Source: Hamiltosporidium tvaerminnensis FI-OER-3-3 (taxonomy: Eukaryota; Fungi; Microsporidia). From it: a stretch of 64,000 nt of DNA. Under the pieces are notes generated by a model that had not been told where the DNA came from, searched no databases, and saw nothing but the letters and a program-made list of their open reading frames with translations. The DNA lies in NCBI GenBank assembly GCA_022605425.2, contig CM061248.1, forward strand, positions 1,178,001-1,242,000. Direction: 5' to 3'. Positions 1 to 11,487 of this stretch are shown one piece after another. Numbering within the stretch: position 1 is the stretch's first letter; every line of letters starts with the position of its first letter. The translations under genes were made by a program, and so were the position numbers.

Positions 1-1430
1 GCACATTTAAAAAAATTGAAAAAGCACGACTAGAGAAGAAGATTGACGCATAAATAAAGACCACCAAACAAATCATCTAAAAATTGTTTTTAATTTTAGT
101 GGTAAAGTGGTCATTCTGAAGAGTAATTAAGAGAATAGTTCATAATATTTATACATAAGCATCACTTGTATGAAAGTGTGATGCAATTCCGAAAACAGAA
201 TCGAATGTTTAAGTTGTTCCAAGATCAATTTTTACTCGCTAATCCGGACTTTGAGATCCAAGTATGTGTTTTCTGTGATAAAATTATGAGTTTTGGCCAT
301 GTTTACATCAAGAACCAATTCAATTTCGCATACGAAAATACCTGGTACTACACAGAACAAATACTCTTACCTTTGTTAACATATCCCGATAAATCCATAG
401 GCAGAATTAATTGACTTTTCATTTGAAAAATTGCAAGAGTTTATAGACTCAGAATTTCTGTATCAAGATGCTTTCGACTTATAAAATATCTTTATTATAT
501 TGTCAAATCTATATATTTAAGAAGAACATCACCCAGGTTGTTTAGTTTTGCTTCGTCTAAAGTATTTTATCCTGATAGAAACTTTACAAAGAAGTAGTTA
601 TTACAGAGCAATAACTTATTTTCGAACCTTTACGTGTATACGAAATAATTAATGCAGTAGGATTAGATTGAAGCGGAAAAAAAAGTTTGCCAACTGAAAA
701 CCAAAAGAGAGGTAATAAATGTCAGGGAGCAAAAAAACAAGTTTATTTACATTTCGATCGGAAACCTATATGCATATTCGAAAGAACAATTTTAGATAAA
801 ACCAAGTCAAAGATATAAACGATAATGCTTATTTAATAAAAAGTTTTTTTAATAAATGCACTTTTATTGAAACTTGAAATTTCAAAAGGCAAAAATATAA
901 AATTGTTTTCAAAAAGCCGAGACAAAACACATCAACAAGAAAATTATTAGAGAGATTCGGGAAGCAGATATTTTTAGTTCTGATTTCTTGTGCCATGTAT
1001 AAAATTCATTAAATAGCCAAATTAAAGATATCTACAAAGAGGAGAGACGTACACATGCGGATCCCAAAACAAATATTTATATGTCATTTTTTAATTATCA
1101 CAAGCAACATGCAGTCTATAGCGATACAGTGGTCTAATGACAAATATGATACAAGATTTCTTGTATAAAAACATAATATAACAAAATTAACTAAGCGGCG
1201 AGCATATATGTTTTAAAGAGACCTTTACTGATCTAAAGCGAATCAAGTGCTAACAAAAATTACAGAGTAGATAAGATAGAATATTATACTTAACACGGTA
1301 TAGTTTACTAAATTAAAAATAGAAGTTTAAGCCTAGTATTTTAAATGCTGTGCTACCAACTTTAAGTCAAGAATTTTTTATGCTCTTTCCGAACATTCAA
1401 TAGCATTAATAAACTATCGGGTGAAAATAT
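1..1430 (+). pseudogene. Highly degraded R4-like non-LTR retrotransposon remnant
   Basis: ORF 166..414 (YESVMQFRKQNRMFKLFQ) matches YESRKQFRKENRMFELFR of the intact copies. Degenerate traces of later RT motifs (QGAK ~723, ALINY ~1400) follow in the expected order. Boundaries approximate. Confidence 0.55.
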
Positions 1431-1472
1431 TAAGAACAAGACGACAAATTTCGCAGAGTTATATAAATGGAT

Positions 1473-1544
1473 AGTCTAATGGCCTAATGGAGAGGATATC
1501 GTAATTTGCTTCTCAGGGGCATAGTTCATTCCCCGGTTGGTGCA
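1473..1544 (+). pseudogene. Degenerate tRNA-like (tRNA-Gly-like 3' end) remnant
   Basis: A-box-like TGGCCTAATGG, B-box-like GTTCATTCCC and a 3' end CCCGGTTGGTGCA. The acceptor and anticodon stems do not pair cleanly. Confidence 0.25.
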
Positions 1545-2212
1545 CTCTTTATCTTACGTTCAAAAGTTTACGCGAGTCTGACAACCTAACTAATCAAAAG
1601 AAAATTGTGTTTTTGCGCCTATAACTATAAGAAGCTATGATTCATTTTTGGATTATGTTCCATCCGTAGAGAGAAACGAGCTTGTAAATAAATAAAGAAA
1701 GAAAGAAAGAAAAAGAATTATGTACTAAAAAAAAGGGAAAATCAAAGAATATCAAAATTTAATCGCGGAATATTACAATCTTAAAAATTATGTTCCTTCT
1801 TCAGAGAAGTACCGTAACTCTATTAAAATAAAACAACATTAAATGAAAAAAATATTTTTAATAATCAGAATTTACTGTATTTTTCAAATAATGATATTAA
1901 TAATCATTTGTGTTAGAGACATATACTAGATCATTCTAAAAGATATTTAGAATTCGTAGTTTATAAATTTAAATAAATTAAAAATAGTTTTATATTATAA
2001 AAATAAAGCCTTCGGTATAAAAATCTATAAGTAAATTTACAATTTATTTTTAAAAATATATTTTTAGAATCATCTTGATCTATTTTTAATTTAGTTCTGT
2101 TATTCTGAAATATATTCCTAAAATCAGATTTTCTTATTCAACTATTAATTAAATTAAATTAATTTAATTTGAAATACTTGATAATAAAAAAAAATCCCAC
2201 CGAAAATATTCA

Positions 2213-3007
2213 ATGAAAAACTATAAATTATCAAAGACTGATGTTTGTTTAGAAGTTCTAAATAAAGATACACATGTTTGCACAAAGGAACAATCAAGAA
2301 GGGATAAATATATTTTTTTTCTGGTATTGTTTTTTCACCAAATATGCTTTGCCGGTATTTTTATTTTGTTTTTATCATATGTATATAAATATGACATTGC
2401 GGTAGAGTTATGTATAAAATATTTTATTTATATTACAATCATAAATTCCTATTTCTATATGAAAAACAGAAAAGAAGAGATAGTTTCGAATACAATAGTA
2501 AGATATTTATTTTCTTACGGTGTAAATTTACTTATAATATACTTGGATTATTATATGAGTTTTCTAATAAATATAGGAAAAAATTTGAATCCAATATCAA
2601 AGTTTACTTATGAACAGTCTTCTCTTTTTTTAATGTTTATATCATTTATATTGTTCTGCAATGCTTATTATTATTCTAAAGGAATAGAAAAGTTTATAAA
2701 TATAAAAAAAAGTTCGATGGCATTGTTTTGCTTACTTTACACACTAGAAAGTATATTTTTATTGACATTGAAATTTATAAAATTTCTTGGTATAATTGAT
2801 TATTCAAACGAACCTCTTCTAGTTCCATGCTTGGCAATAATATTATCACAAGTGTTTCTATTTTTTTGCTCGCGAATTAATACACGAAAGATGAAATTGA
2901 TAATATTACCAATGATGTTAAACGCTTTATATTTTTGGAATTTTTTTAAAGAAGTGTTCGTTAGATTAAGTATTTTGATGATTTCTTACAAAAATATTCT
3001 TTTTTAA
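2213..3007 (+). CDS. Hypothetical multi-pass membrane protein
   Basis: 264-aa ORF with ~6-7 hydrophobic segments and a CCC motif (aaatcccacc) ~15 nt upstream of the ATG. Confidence 0.7.
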   Translation: MKNYKLSKTDVCLEVLNKDTHVCTKEQSRRDKYIFFLVLFFHQICFAGIFILFLSYVYKYDIAVELCIKYFIYITIINSYFYMKNRKEEIVSNTIVRYLFSYGVNLLIIYLDYYMSFLINIGKNLNPISKFTYEQSSLFLMFISFILFCNAYYYSKGIEKFINIKKSSMALFCLLYTLESIFLLTLKFIKFLGIIDYSNEPLLVPCLAIILSQVFLFFCSRINTRKMKLIILPMMLNALYFWNFFKEVFVRLSILMISYKNILF

Positions 3008-5023
3008 GTATAATTCTATTTACAATTAAACATTTGTTAGTTTATCTTATTTTTAGATATCTTGAGAATTTTTTTTCTTTTCGTTTTCCTTAAATTTTTT
3101 TATATTTCATCCAAACGAGTAAAAATATTTCTTATATTATTACCTTTGTTTAAAAACCAAAAAGCTTATTATTTTCCTTTAAAGTGTACTGTAATGGTCT
3201 TTTTTAATTGAAAATTAAATTACATTAAACTTTCTTTGGACTTTTTGTTCCTTGCCTTGTTGTTTTCTATTTTAAGAAGATTAAAATTTTAACCTTAGAA
3301 TGTGCTGAATAATAATTCTATTTATACAATTATCTTAATCTCTGATCTACATAAGTCGCCCGGTTTTAAAGACATTAATCATAAAATCGAAGTTATGAAG
3401 TGACAGTTGCTGAGTGAAATATGCCAAGAGACTGTATGAAACGTTTCCGAGAATCGTGAAATTCCTCCACAAGGTGAATCTTGTAAGGAGCACGGAAAAA
3501 TCGTAAGGCGAGTCTAATAAACGCCAAAGACATCTTCATTTCAATGATAAAATTTACGCATTGAAATTCCAAACCCTCTGTGTTGATATTTTTCCTTACT
3601 AGATAAAAGAAATTTACAGTTTCTTTTTATAGACAAAGATTAGAAGGACATTCAAATAAGGAATATTGGAAAAGATTTCAGAAAATGTATAATCGTTAAG
3701 GAGAAATTTGAATTACTGTACCGTGAGCAAACAAAAAAATCTATGAAAAGCAGATATAAAACAAATATTATACTCAAAGCACCAAAAGAAATGTTAATCC
3801 TGACTTTACGTTTTTTTTCAAAGAGATAAAATCGATAGCCGAGATATATGTGAAGTTAAAATTTTTAACTGCAATAGTTGATGAATAAATTAAAGAAAAA
3901 ATCCGTTAAAATGGTACTTATTTTGTAAATAAAAAATAGAATTTTACTAGTTTTGAGAGTACAAACGAAATTAGAAAAAAGATTCGAAAATTTTTATGGC
4001 GCGAATCCGATGCAATAAAATGATTTTATATAATTATTACACATGAAATATTTTATTCATTTTTTGTAATTTTATTATAAAATTACGTTCTAAATACACA
4101 AAGCTTAAAATAATAGGGTAAATGGTTTTTTTATTTTGATAAAGAGGATTTGTAAAAGATAATATCAGACGAATCACAATGCAAAATCTTTTATATTAAA
4201 TCTGAAATATATTCTAAGAGCCGAAGAAACATTTTTATACTTTTGAAGTTTAAAAAATACTTAAAACTTCTTGATTATTGAGGTAAATAGCTTCAGATGA
4301 AATAATAAAGATAATGCGAATAAAACCGCAATAATATTATACTTCGATTGGGCAAATATATTAAAATTTCTGTAAAAAAATTAGATGTATTACTCTGATT
4401 CGGCAATTTTTAAATGAATCTGCACAAATCTGAGCGACACCTAAAGTAAAACATACGTATAATTCAGAAATTGGCTTGAAATATATTTAATTAAATAATA
4501 TGACCAATGGAATAGTACACGTATAAATCAAAATTACCTCAACAGTTTTGTTTAAAATAATTGAACTAAAAAACAAATGAAATAACTCTGTTTTATATTA
4601 AAATAGAATAAATCAATCTTTTATTCCCAATAATATAGCACAATTTTTAACAGATACTTAATTTTAAATGTTTAAAGTTGGAAATATAAACTGAAAACTG
4701 TAGATTATAATTAAGTCTTGTTTTCACCAAAAATCAATTTAGATATTTGCAAGATATTTCTTATAAAATAGCAGATAAGGTATTTATTTTGTTAAAATGA
4801 CCTTAAATTATACTTTTGTTCACAAATTATAAGAAAGTATTCTAGATAATTTTTTTTGTTATCTGAGTATTGTTTTCGTAATTTATACTAATTTATAGCA
4901 ATTTATAGCAATTTATAAATAATTTATAGAAAGACTTAAATATTTATATCTTTCGAAACTTCTATAACTTGTTAATAAATATTGAATTATAAAGTTGAAT
5001 AGTAAAATGGTAATAAAAGAAAA

Positions 5024-5220
5024 AAAATAGAAGGAAATGAGGTTATAAAATATTTCTAAATTGTATTTTAATTACAAATTATAGAAATAAATTTCTTTAA
5101 ATCTAAGATAAGATAAGAATAAAATAGAAGGAAATGAGGTTATAAAATATTTATAAATTGTATTTTACTTACAAATTACAGAAATAAATTTCTTTAAATC
5201 AAATCTAAGATAAGAATAAA
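5024..5220. repeat. ~97-bp direct tandem duplication (2 copies)
   Basis: aaaatagaaggaaatgaggttataaaatattt...ctaagataag occurs twice with few mismatches. Confidence 0.8.
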
Positions 5221-5774
5221 TTTAATTATTTTGAGACAAAGTTTTTTTTAGGTACCATTTAAATAACCAAAGTAACAAGTTTTAAATTATAAAATAAAGA
5301 GGATAAAATAGAGTTATTTTTTATAAATTAACTTTTTTTTAAATCGAAGTAATGAAAAATCTTAAAATGTTTTGATATGAAGTATATTGTTGATAACCAA
5401 TTCTATAGATATTGTCTTGATTAGTTATAGTTAAAAACAATTATAGAAACGAACAATTTAGACTTTTAATAGATATTTACATTCAAATTTTTAGAATCAA
5501 TGTTTTTAAAAACCAAAAAAATAAATTTTGAAGTATAAATATTTAGAAAAAAACTTTGCTTAAAACTATTTTTTAATAATTCTTTAAAGAGGTAATATAT
5601 CGAATTTAATACTTAAGAAATTGGAAATTTTGAAACTAAAATTTGTAATCTTTTTTCTTTGTTTTGTAGTATTATTATGAAACAAAGTTTCAAAAGTCTA
5701 TAATGTTTATCTATTGATGGAATGTAAAACTATATAATTTTGGACATAAGAAAAATGAAACATCAACAAACATA

Positions 5775-7481
5775 ATGAAAGTAAATGAGGTATCTGATAT
5801 ATCGGGTAACATAGAATCTGAACTAAACAGTATTTTAGATGAGAAGGCTGTTTCTCCTGGGTATATAGATGAATCACAGTATTTGTTGCAAAAGATTGTA
5901 GGGAAATACAAACTAACAAAGAATCTTGGTTCGGGAGGTACAAGTAAAGTAAAACTTGGAATTAATAATGAAACAGGAGAAAAGGTAGCAATAAAGATTG
6001 TTTCTAAGAAAATGAGTACAAGTTCTTTAGGGAAGGATACTGAAGCCAAAAGAGATGAAAGAATATATCGCGAAGTTTTAATTTCTACACTTTTAAATCA
6101 TCCTCATATAGTGAGATTAAAAGATTTTTATTACAATGAAAATAATTTTTTCTTGGTATTCGAATATATTAAAGGAAAACAGTTGTTGGATTTAGTGGCT
6201 AGAAATGGCGCATTATCTGAAAATGATTCAAGAAGATTTTTTAGACAAATTTTATCTGCTGTGGGATACATACATAACAACTCAATAGTGCATAGAGATT
6301 TAAAAATAGAAAATATACTTATTGACGATGATGGAAATGCCAAAATATTAGATTTCGGACTTTCAAATTTCTATGATAATAAGCGATTGTTAAATACTTT
6401 TTGTGGTTCTTTATATTTTGCTGCACCTGAGTTATTGATGGGAAGACAATATAGTGGACCAGAAATCGATATATGGAGTTTAGGAATTATTTTATACGTA
6501 ATGTTGTGCGGTAAAGTTCCTTTTGATGATAAAGATGTGCATGCATTGCATTCCAAAATAAAGAAAGCAAGTCTTACATTTGTAAAATCTTTATCATCGG
6601 AAGCGGAAGAGCTTCTTTCTGGCATGATTCTGCCTACTCCTTCTTCCCGACTTGGAATGGATCAGATAGTCAAGTCCGTTTGGGTAAATAAAGATTATAA
6701 AACAAATGTTGATTTCTTCAACAATAGGAAATTTCTTTTAAAAAGACTTAGAACGGGATATCTTAAACTAATAAGCTACGTTGTAAGATCACAGTTTCCC
6801 GATATGGAAAAAGATGTGAGAAGATATATTTCGATATGTAAAGAAGGAAAATCAGAATCTTTGGAACAAATTTACTGGGCAAGAAGACCTACAATATCAT
6901 TATATTATCTTTTTATAGAAGCAGTTGGCTTAAACGAAGACCTTATAGAAATAACTGAAGATAAAATAGATGAATCCGATATCAGCGATGAATTATGCCT
7001 TGGAACAGAAGAAGACCGACTACAAATGTACCACAATTTCGTAAGTTTTGTATTTTCAAAAGAAAAAAACAATTCCTTTAGTAAATATTTTACAGGAAGC
7101 ATATTTTTAAATAGTGAAAGTTCTTTAAACCACATTGAAAAGACAGTTTTAGGCGACACAAGTAATATAGATAACCTTCCTGCAATAAAAAACACGTATC
7201 TTAAAGGTTTTTTCAAAGGTATTAAAATCAAACCTACTCTTAGCCACACCGAGATTAAGAAAATATTAATACAATTTTTTACAGCTATGAAAATTACTTA
7301 CGAAATAAAAGAAAAGAATTATAAGCTTATTTACGATATAAACGAGACGAAATGTGAATTTAAAATATCACTTTATTTCAATAAGTTGTTTAAAGAACAT
7401 TTTTTATCTGTTACAAGACTTTCAGGTGACAAAAAGCTTTTTAGGGATGCGTTGGTTTCATTGGCGGGAATTTTTAAATAA
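5775..7481 (+). CDS. KIN1: Kin1/MARK-family Ser/Thr kinase with C-terminal KA1-like domain
   Basis: LGSGGTSKVK, VAIK, HRDLKIEN, DFG, FCGSLYFAAPE and GKVPFDD (Kin1/2 signature). The C-terminus CEFKISL...RLSGD is KA1-like. Confidence 0.85.
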   Translation: MKVNEVSDISGNIESELNSILDEKAVSPGYIDESQYLLQKIVGKYKLTKNLGSGGTSKVKLGINNETGEKVAIKIVSKKMSTSSLGKDTEAKRDERIYREVLISTLLNHPHIVRLKDFYYNENNFFLVFEYIKGKQLLDLVARNGALSENDSRRFFRQILSAVGYIHNNSIVHRDLKIENILIDDDGNAKILDFGLSNFYDNKRLLNTFCGSLYFAAPELLMGRQYSGPEIDIWSLGIILYVMLCGKVPFDDKDVHALHSKIKKASLTFVKSLSSEAEELLSGMILPTPSSRLGMDQIVKSVWVNKDYKTNVDFFNNRKFLLKRLRTGYLKLISYVVRSQFPDMEKDVRRYISICKEGKSESLEQIYWARRPTISLYYLFIEAVGLNEDLIEITEDKIDESDISDELCLGTEEDRLQMYHNFVSFVFSKEKNNSFSKYFTGSIFLNSESSLNHIEKTVLGDTSNIDNLPAIKNTYLKGFFKGIKIKPTLSHTEIKKILIQFFTAMKITYEIKEKNYKLIYDINETKCEFKISLYFNKLFKEHFLSVTRLSGDKKLFRDALVSLAGIFK

Positions 7482-7604
7482 AACATCTCTTTAATATATT
7501 TTTTAATTAATTTAACCTAATTTAGTACAAATCTAAAATATTGTTTGAATTCTAAAACATGTGTTTTAGCTTAGAAATAATAATTCTAATTGTTTTGGTA
7601 AAAT

Positions 7605-10600
7605 ATGATAATCTTTATATTAGGAATAGTACTAGGACAGTATGAAAAAGATATGCTTAGGCTTACAAATGAATTCAGAAGAGAAAATAATCTCAAAGAA
7701 CTTGAATTGTACTATCCTTTGGAAAAAACAGCACGAATGCAGGCAGAATTTATGTGTAGCATTATGAAGATAACACACGATGGCCCTGAAAAGAAGACCA
7801 GAACTCTTGATAGAAGACTTCTTCTAAATGATTTCGTTGGAGAAAATATCGGTGAGAATATTGCAAAACAACAAGGGGATAATTATGGTGAAGTCTTTCG
7901 TATTTGGAAACGATCCGATAAACATAAGAAGAACATTTTGGGTGATTATACGTATACAGGAATTTATACGTGCAAAGATAGAAGAAAAAACCGGTATTGG
8001 GTTCAAGTTTTTGGAAAGCCAGCTTCTGGAAAAAAATCATCCAAAGAAACAAAAGATAGAGATTCTGACTCGTCTAAAAAAGAATCTAAGAATGACGAGA
8101 ATATCAAGAGCAGGATAGATAATAATGATGTTACGAGTAAAAAAGGTGGCACGGAAATTACAGCTAAGGTAGATAATAAAGATGGTGAAAACAAGCAAGT
8201 TAAGAATTTAGAAGGTAAAAATGATGGGAAGAATAAGGAAGAAAATAATACAGAAAGTAAAAATGGAGTGAATAATCAAGAAGGTAAAGACAAAGGAAAA
8301 AATGATAAAGAATCAAAGATTGACGAAAGCAATAATAAAGATGATAAGAAAGACAAGAAAAAAGATGAGAATAAAGGCAATGAGAATGAAAACGATAAAG
8401 ATAAAGATAAAGGAAATGATACTAGGAACAAGAAAAAAAATGATAATAAAGCAAACAAGAGTGAAAAGGATGATAAACATGAGGACAAAGGCAAGAAAGA
8501 GGAGAAGGATAATAAAGAACCCAAGAATGATAAGAACAATGGTAATAATAAAAGTGATGATGAGAAGAAAGATATTAAGAAAACAGAGAATGGTAGTGAC
8601 AATAAAAAGGATAAAGATAAAAACAAAGAAAAACCACAGGTGGACATCCAATCTCTATTAAAAGATGAAATAAACAAAATAAAAGCTGAAATAATCACGG
8701 AATTGAAAATGCAAAAACAAGAAAATAAGTCCAACGAAAAGCCAGAAGATTCTAAAATAGATTTACAAGAATTAAAAAGACTTTTATCGGAGAATCCTAA
8801 AATCCTTAATAAATCAAATGAAGAACCATCTGATACTTTAAAAACACCACAACAGGATAATAATACGAGTAAAATGGCATTATCTGAAGATATTGGGTCA
8901 TCAAAAACCAATTCTGATACAAAAGTTTTAGAAAATAAAAAGTTTATTAGCGATCAACAAAAATTAGATACAATTCCTAATATAGAAACCTTAAAACATA
9001 ATGAATCAGTGAAAAACGACAAAGAAAAACCAGATTTAAACAAACCTGGAAACAAAGTAACAGAGAATCCAAAAAGTGAAATCTTAAAAAATGATAAAGA
9101 AAAATTTGATCCAAATAAACCGGAATATAAAGCGGCAGATATTTCTAAAAATGTAATTTCAGAAGAAAAACAAAAGCAGCCCACCAAAGAAAATGAACAA
9201 AAAAACTCTCCTTCAAACCCTGATCAAAATAAAGAAAACCCAAAGAATACTCCACAAGAATCCCTACTGGCAAGATTTGGAAATACCGAAAATAATAAAA
9301 ACACATCTACTAATGCAGAAAAAATTTCTAAACCAAAAATACCAGATGAATTTCCCAGTAAAAAAGATTCAAAACCTTCAACCAATACTATTACAAAAGA
9401 AAAAGATAAATCAACCGATGTTCAACCTGAATTTAAACAACCTAATCAAAGTAAAGATGAACCTGCAAATACCAAACCTTCATCGACTAGCGACATTAAT
9501 TCATCCAAGAAACCAGAAGTAAAAATTCTAAATGAGCCCCAACCAAACACTAAATCACCTGACACCACAAAAACACCTTCACCCGAAGATAAACATTTTG
9601 ACATTTCATTTCCCCCTGAACCAAAACCACAAAAACCTTCTGGAAATCCCTTTTCGCTTTCTGAGTCACCAAACACGAACAATAAACCAAATGAAAATAC
9701 TAAGGAACCACAAATACCAACAGAACATTCCATTTCACCTCCTACTTCACCACCTACCAACAATAAATCAAATGAAAATACCAAAGAGCCACAAAAATCT
9801 TTAGAACCTGCTATGCCACCACCCATCAACAATAAACCAAATGAAAGTTACTTCCTTGGAAACACATATAAAGACCCCACATCTCAAAACACCAACACCC
9901 CTAACCCAGACAATTCTCCTCATCCTCCAAACACCAAAGAACCAATAAAATGCCAATCAAATAAATTATTTACGTGTTTAGATAACAGCAATTACACTTT
10001 TATTATTTCACCTGATATGATCAAAAAAATATACGAAAATTATTTTCCTAAAAACGGTAAATCACCAGACAAGCCAAAGACAACCAGCGAAGATGAAAAT
10101 ACCAAAAATTTGAAAAATGGTAGGGATGATATTGGTAATGGAACTAAAGAAGACAAAGAAAATAAGGAAGGGAAGGATGCTAAAGATGGTAATGAAGATA
10201 AAAAAGATAAGGAAAGTAAAGATGGCAAGGAAAGTAAAGATGGTAATGAAGATAAAAAAGATAAGGAAAGTAAAGATGGTAAGGAAAGTAAAGATGGCAA
10301 GGAAAGTAAAATTGGCAAGGAAAGTAAAGATGGTAATGAAGATAAAAAAGATAAGGAAAGTAAAGATGGCAAGGAAATTAAAGATGGTAAGGAAGAGGAT
10401 AATAAGGAAAAAGAGTCCCCTAAAGAACCACCTAAAGAAACATCGAAGGAAGCATCCAAAGAACCCCAAAATAGAGAATCTAAACAAATATCGAATGAAC
10501 CCAAAGACAAAGACACACCCAAAGACAAAGATACACTAAAAGACAAAGATACACCAAAAGACAAAGATACACCCAAAGACAAAGATACACCCAAAGACAA

Positions 10601-11012
10601 AGATATACCCAAAGACAAAGACACATCCAAAGACAAAGATATACCCAAAGACAAAGAAATACCAAAAGACAAAGAAACTACAAAACAATCTTCCTCACCC
10701 TGTCCACAAACAAAACCTTCACTTCTAGAAATATTTAAAGTCCCTTCCCACCAAAAAGACCAAAAACCAATTTCTTCACAAAAATACAAACTTTTAGAAA
10801 CAGAAATATTTCCCGATATGAACTATGAAATAATTATAAGTACGAATAGTAAAAATAAGGATATTAAGGATATAGACAGTAACAATACCAAGGCAAATAA
10901 TAAAGATAGCAAAGATAATAATAATAAAGACATATTCGATAGTAATAAAGATAATAATAAAGAAGATATAGAAATAGATCAACCAGTGTTCTACGGGTCC
11001 TCTTTACAATAG
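7605..11012 (+). CDS. Secreted CAP/SCP-domain protein with long K/D/E/N/P-rich low-complexity tail
   Basis: Signal-like N-terminus MIIFILGIVLG. CAP motifs TNEFRR, ITHDG, GENIA, W..S..HKKNILG, YWVQVFG. Tandem KDGKES and KDKDTP repeats. Confidence 0.85.
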   Translation: MIIFILGIVLGQYEKDMLRLTNEFRRENNLKELELYYPLEKTARMQAEFMCSIMKITHDGPEKKTRTLDRRLLLNDFVGENIGENIAKQQGDNYGEVFRIWKRSDKHKKNILGDYTYTGIYTCKDRRKNRYWVQVFGKPASGKKSSKETKDRDSDSSKKESKNDENIKSRIDNNDVTSKKGGTEITAKVDNKDGENKQVKNLEGKNDGKNKEENNTESKNGVNNQEGKDKGKNDKESKIDESNNKDDKKDKKKDENKGNENENDKDKDKGNDTRNKKKNDNKANKSEKDDKHEDKGKKEEKDNKEPKNDKNNGNNKSDDEKKDIKKTENGSDNKKDKDKNKEKPQVDIQSLLKDEINKIKAEIITELKMQKQENKSNEKPEDSKIDLQELKRLLSENPKILNKSNEEPSDTLKTPQQDNNTSKMALSEDIGSSKTNSDTKVLENKKFISDQQKLDTIPNIETLKHNESVKNDKEKPDLNKPGNKVTENPKSEILKNDKEKFDPNKPEYKAADISKNVISEEKQKQPTKENEQKNSPSNPDQNKENPKNTPQESLLARFGNTENNKNTSTNAEKISKPKIPDEFPSKKDSKPSTNTITKEKDKSTDVQPEFKQPNQSKDEPANTKPSSTSDINSSKKPEVKILNEPQPNTKSPDTTKTPSPEDKHFDISFPPEPKPQKPSGNPFSLSESPNTNNKPNENTKEPQIPTEHSISPPTSPPTNNKSNENTKEPQKSLEPAMPPPINNKPNESYFLGNTYKDPTSQNTNTPNPDNSPHPPNTKEPIKCQSNKLFTCLDNSNYTFIISPDMIKKIYENYFPKNGKSPDKPKTTSEDENTKNLKNGRDDIGNGTKEDKENKEGKDAKDGNEDKKDKESKDGKESKDGNEDKKDKESKDGKESKDGKESKIGKESKDGNEDKKDKESKDGKEIKDGKEEDNKEKESPKEPPKETSKEASKEPQNRESKQISNEPKDKDTPKDKDTLKDKDTPKDKDTPKDKDTPKDKDIPKDKDTSKDKDIPKDKEIPKDKETTKQSSSPCPQTKPSLLEIFKVPSHQKDQKPISSQKYKLLETEIFPDMNYEIIISTNSKNKDIKDIDSNNTKANNKDSKDNNNKDIFDSNKDNNKEDIEIDQPVFYGSSLQ
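10170..10675 (+). repeat. Coding minisatellites (18-bp units KDGKES and KDKDTP)
   Basis: aaagatggcaaggaaagt units at ~10170-10395 and aaagacaaagatacaccc x~9 at 10503-10675. Confidence 0.85.
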
Positions 11013-11149
11013 TAAAAATTAAATTTAGTATTTGTCGTTATAATTGATTGTAAAGGGATGTTTAATATATCATTAAATAAATTAATATAATTATTTTTAG
11101 TAAATAAAATCCTTTTTTTGACAAATTAGAATTAATTAATTTAAAAATA

Positions 11150-11340
11150 TCGTAAGATTAATAAATTTAAAATAATTGCAAGATTAATAACAAATAAAGA
11201 ATAGTAAGACTTATAAAAGAAATTTAAAATCATTGTAAGATTAATAAAAGATAAAGCAGTAAGACTTATAAAAGAAATTGAAAAATAATTGTAAGATTAA
11301 TAAAAAATAAAGCAGTAAGACTTATAAAAAAAAATTTAAA
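11150..11340. repeat. ~57-bp tandem repeat (~3 copies) between convergent genes
   Basis: Repeated aaaataattgtaagattaataaaa..taaagcagtaagacttataaaagaaatt. Confidence 0.75.
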
Positions 11341-11487
11341 ATAGAAATATTTAAATCAAAGAAATAAGAATATTGTAGCAAAAATAAAGAAATAAATAAA
11401 AATTATAACAAAAATACTTAAATTATCATACATCTATCTCATATTATAAATTGTATACCCCCTGGTCTTCTATATCTATATATCCTT

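Noticed and set aside
3300-4500. Possible decayed transposase remnants (also 21600-22020, 47820-48260, 56580-57100)
   Set aside because: Too degenerate to assign without a database search.
8276-10789. Long antisense and alternate-frame ORFs over the CAP gene
   Set aside because: By-products of low-complexity, stop-poor repeats.
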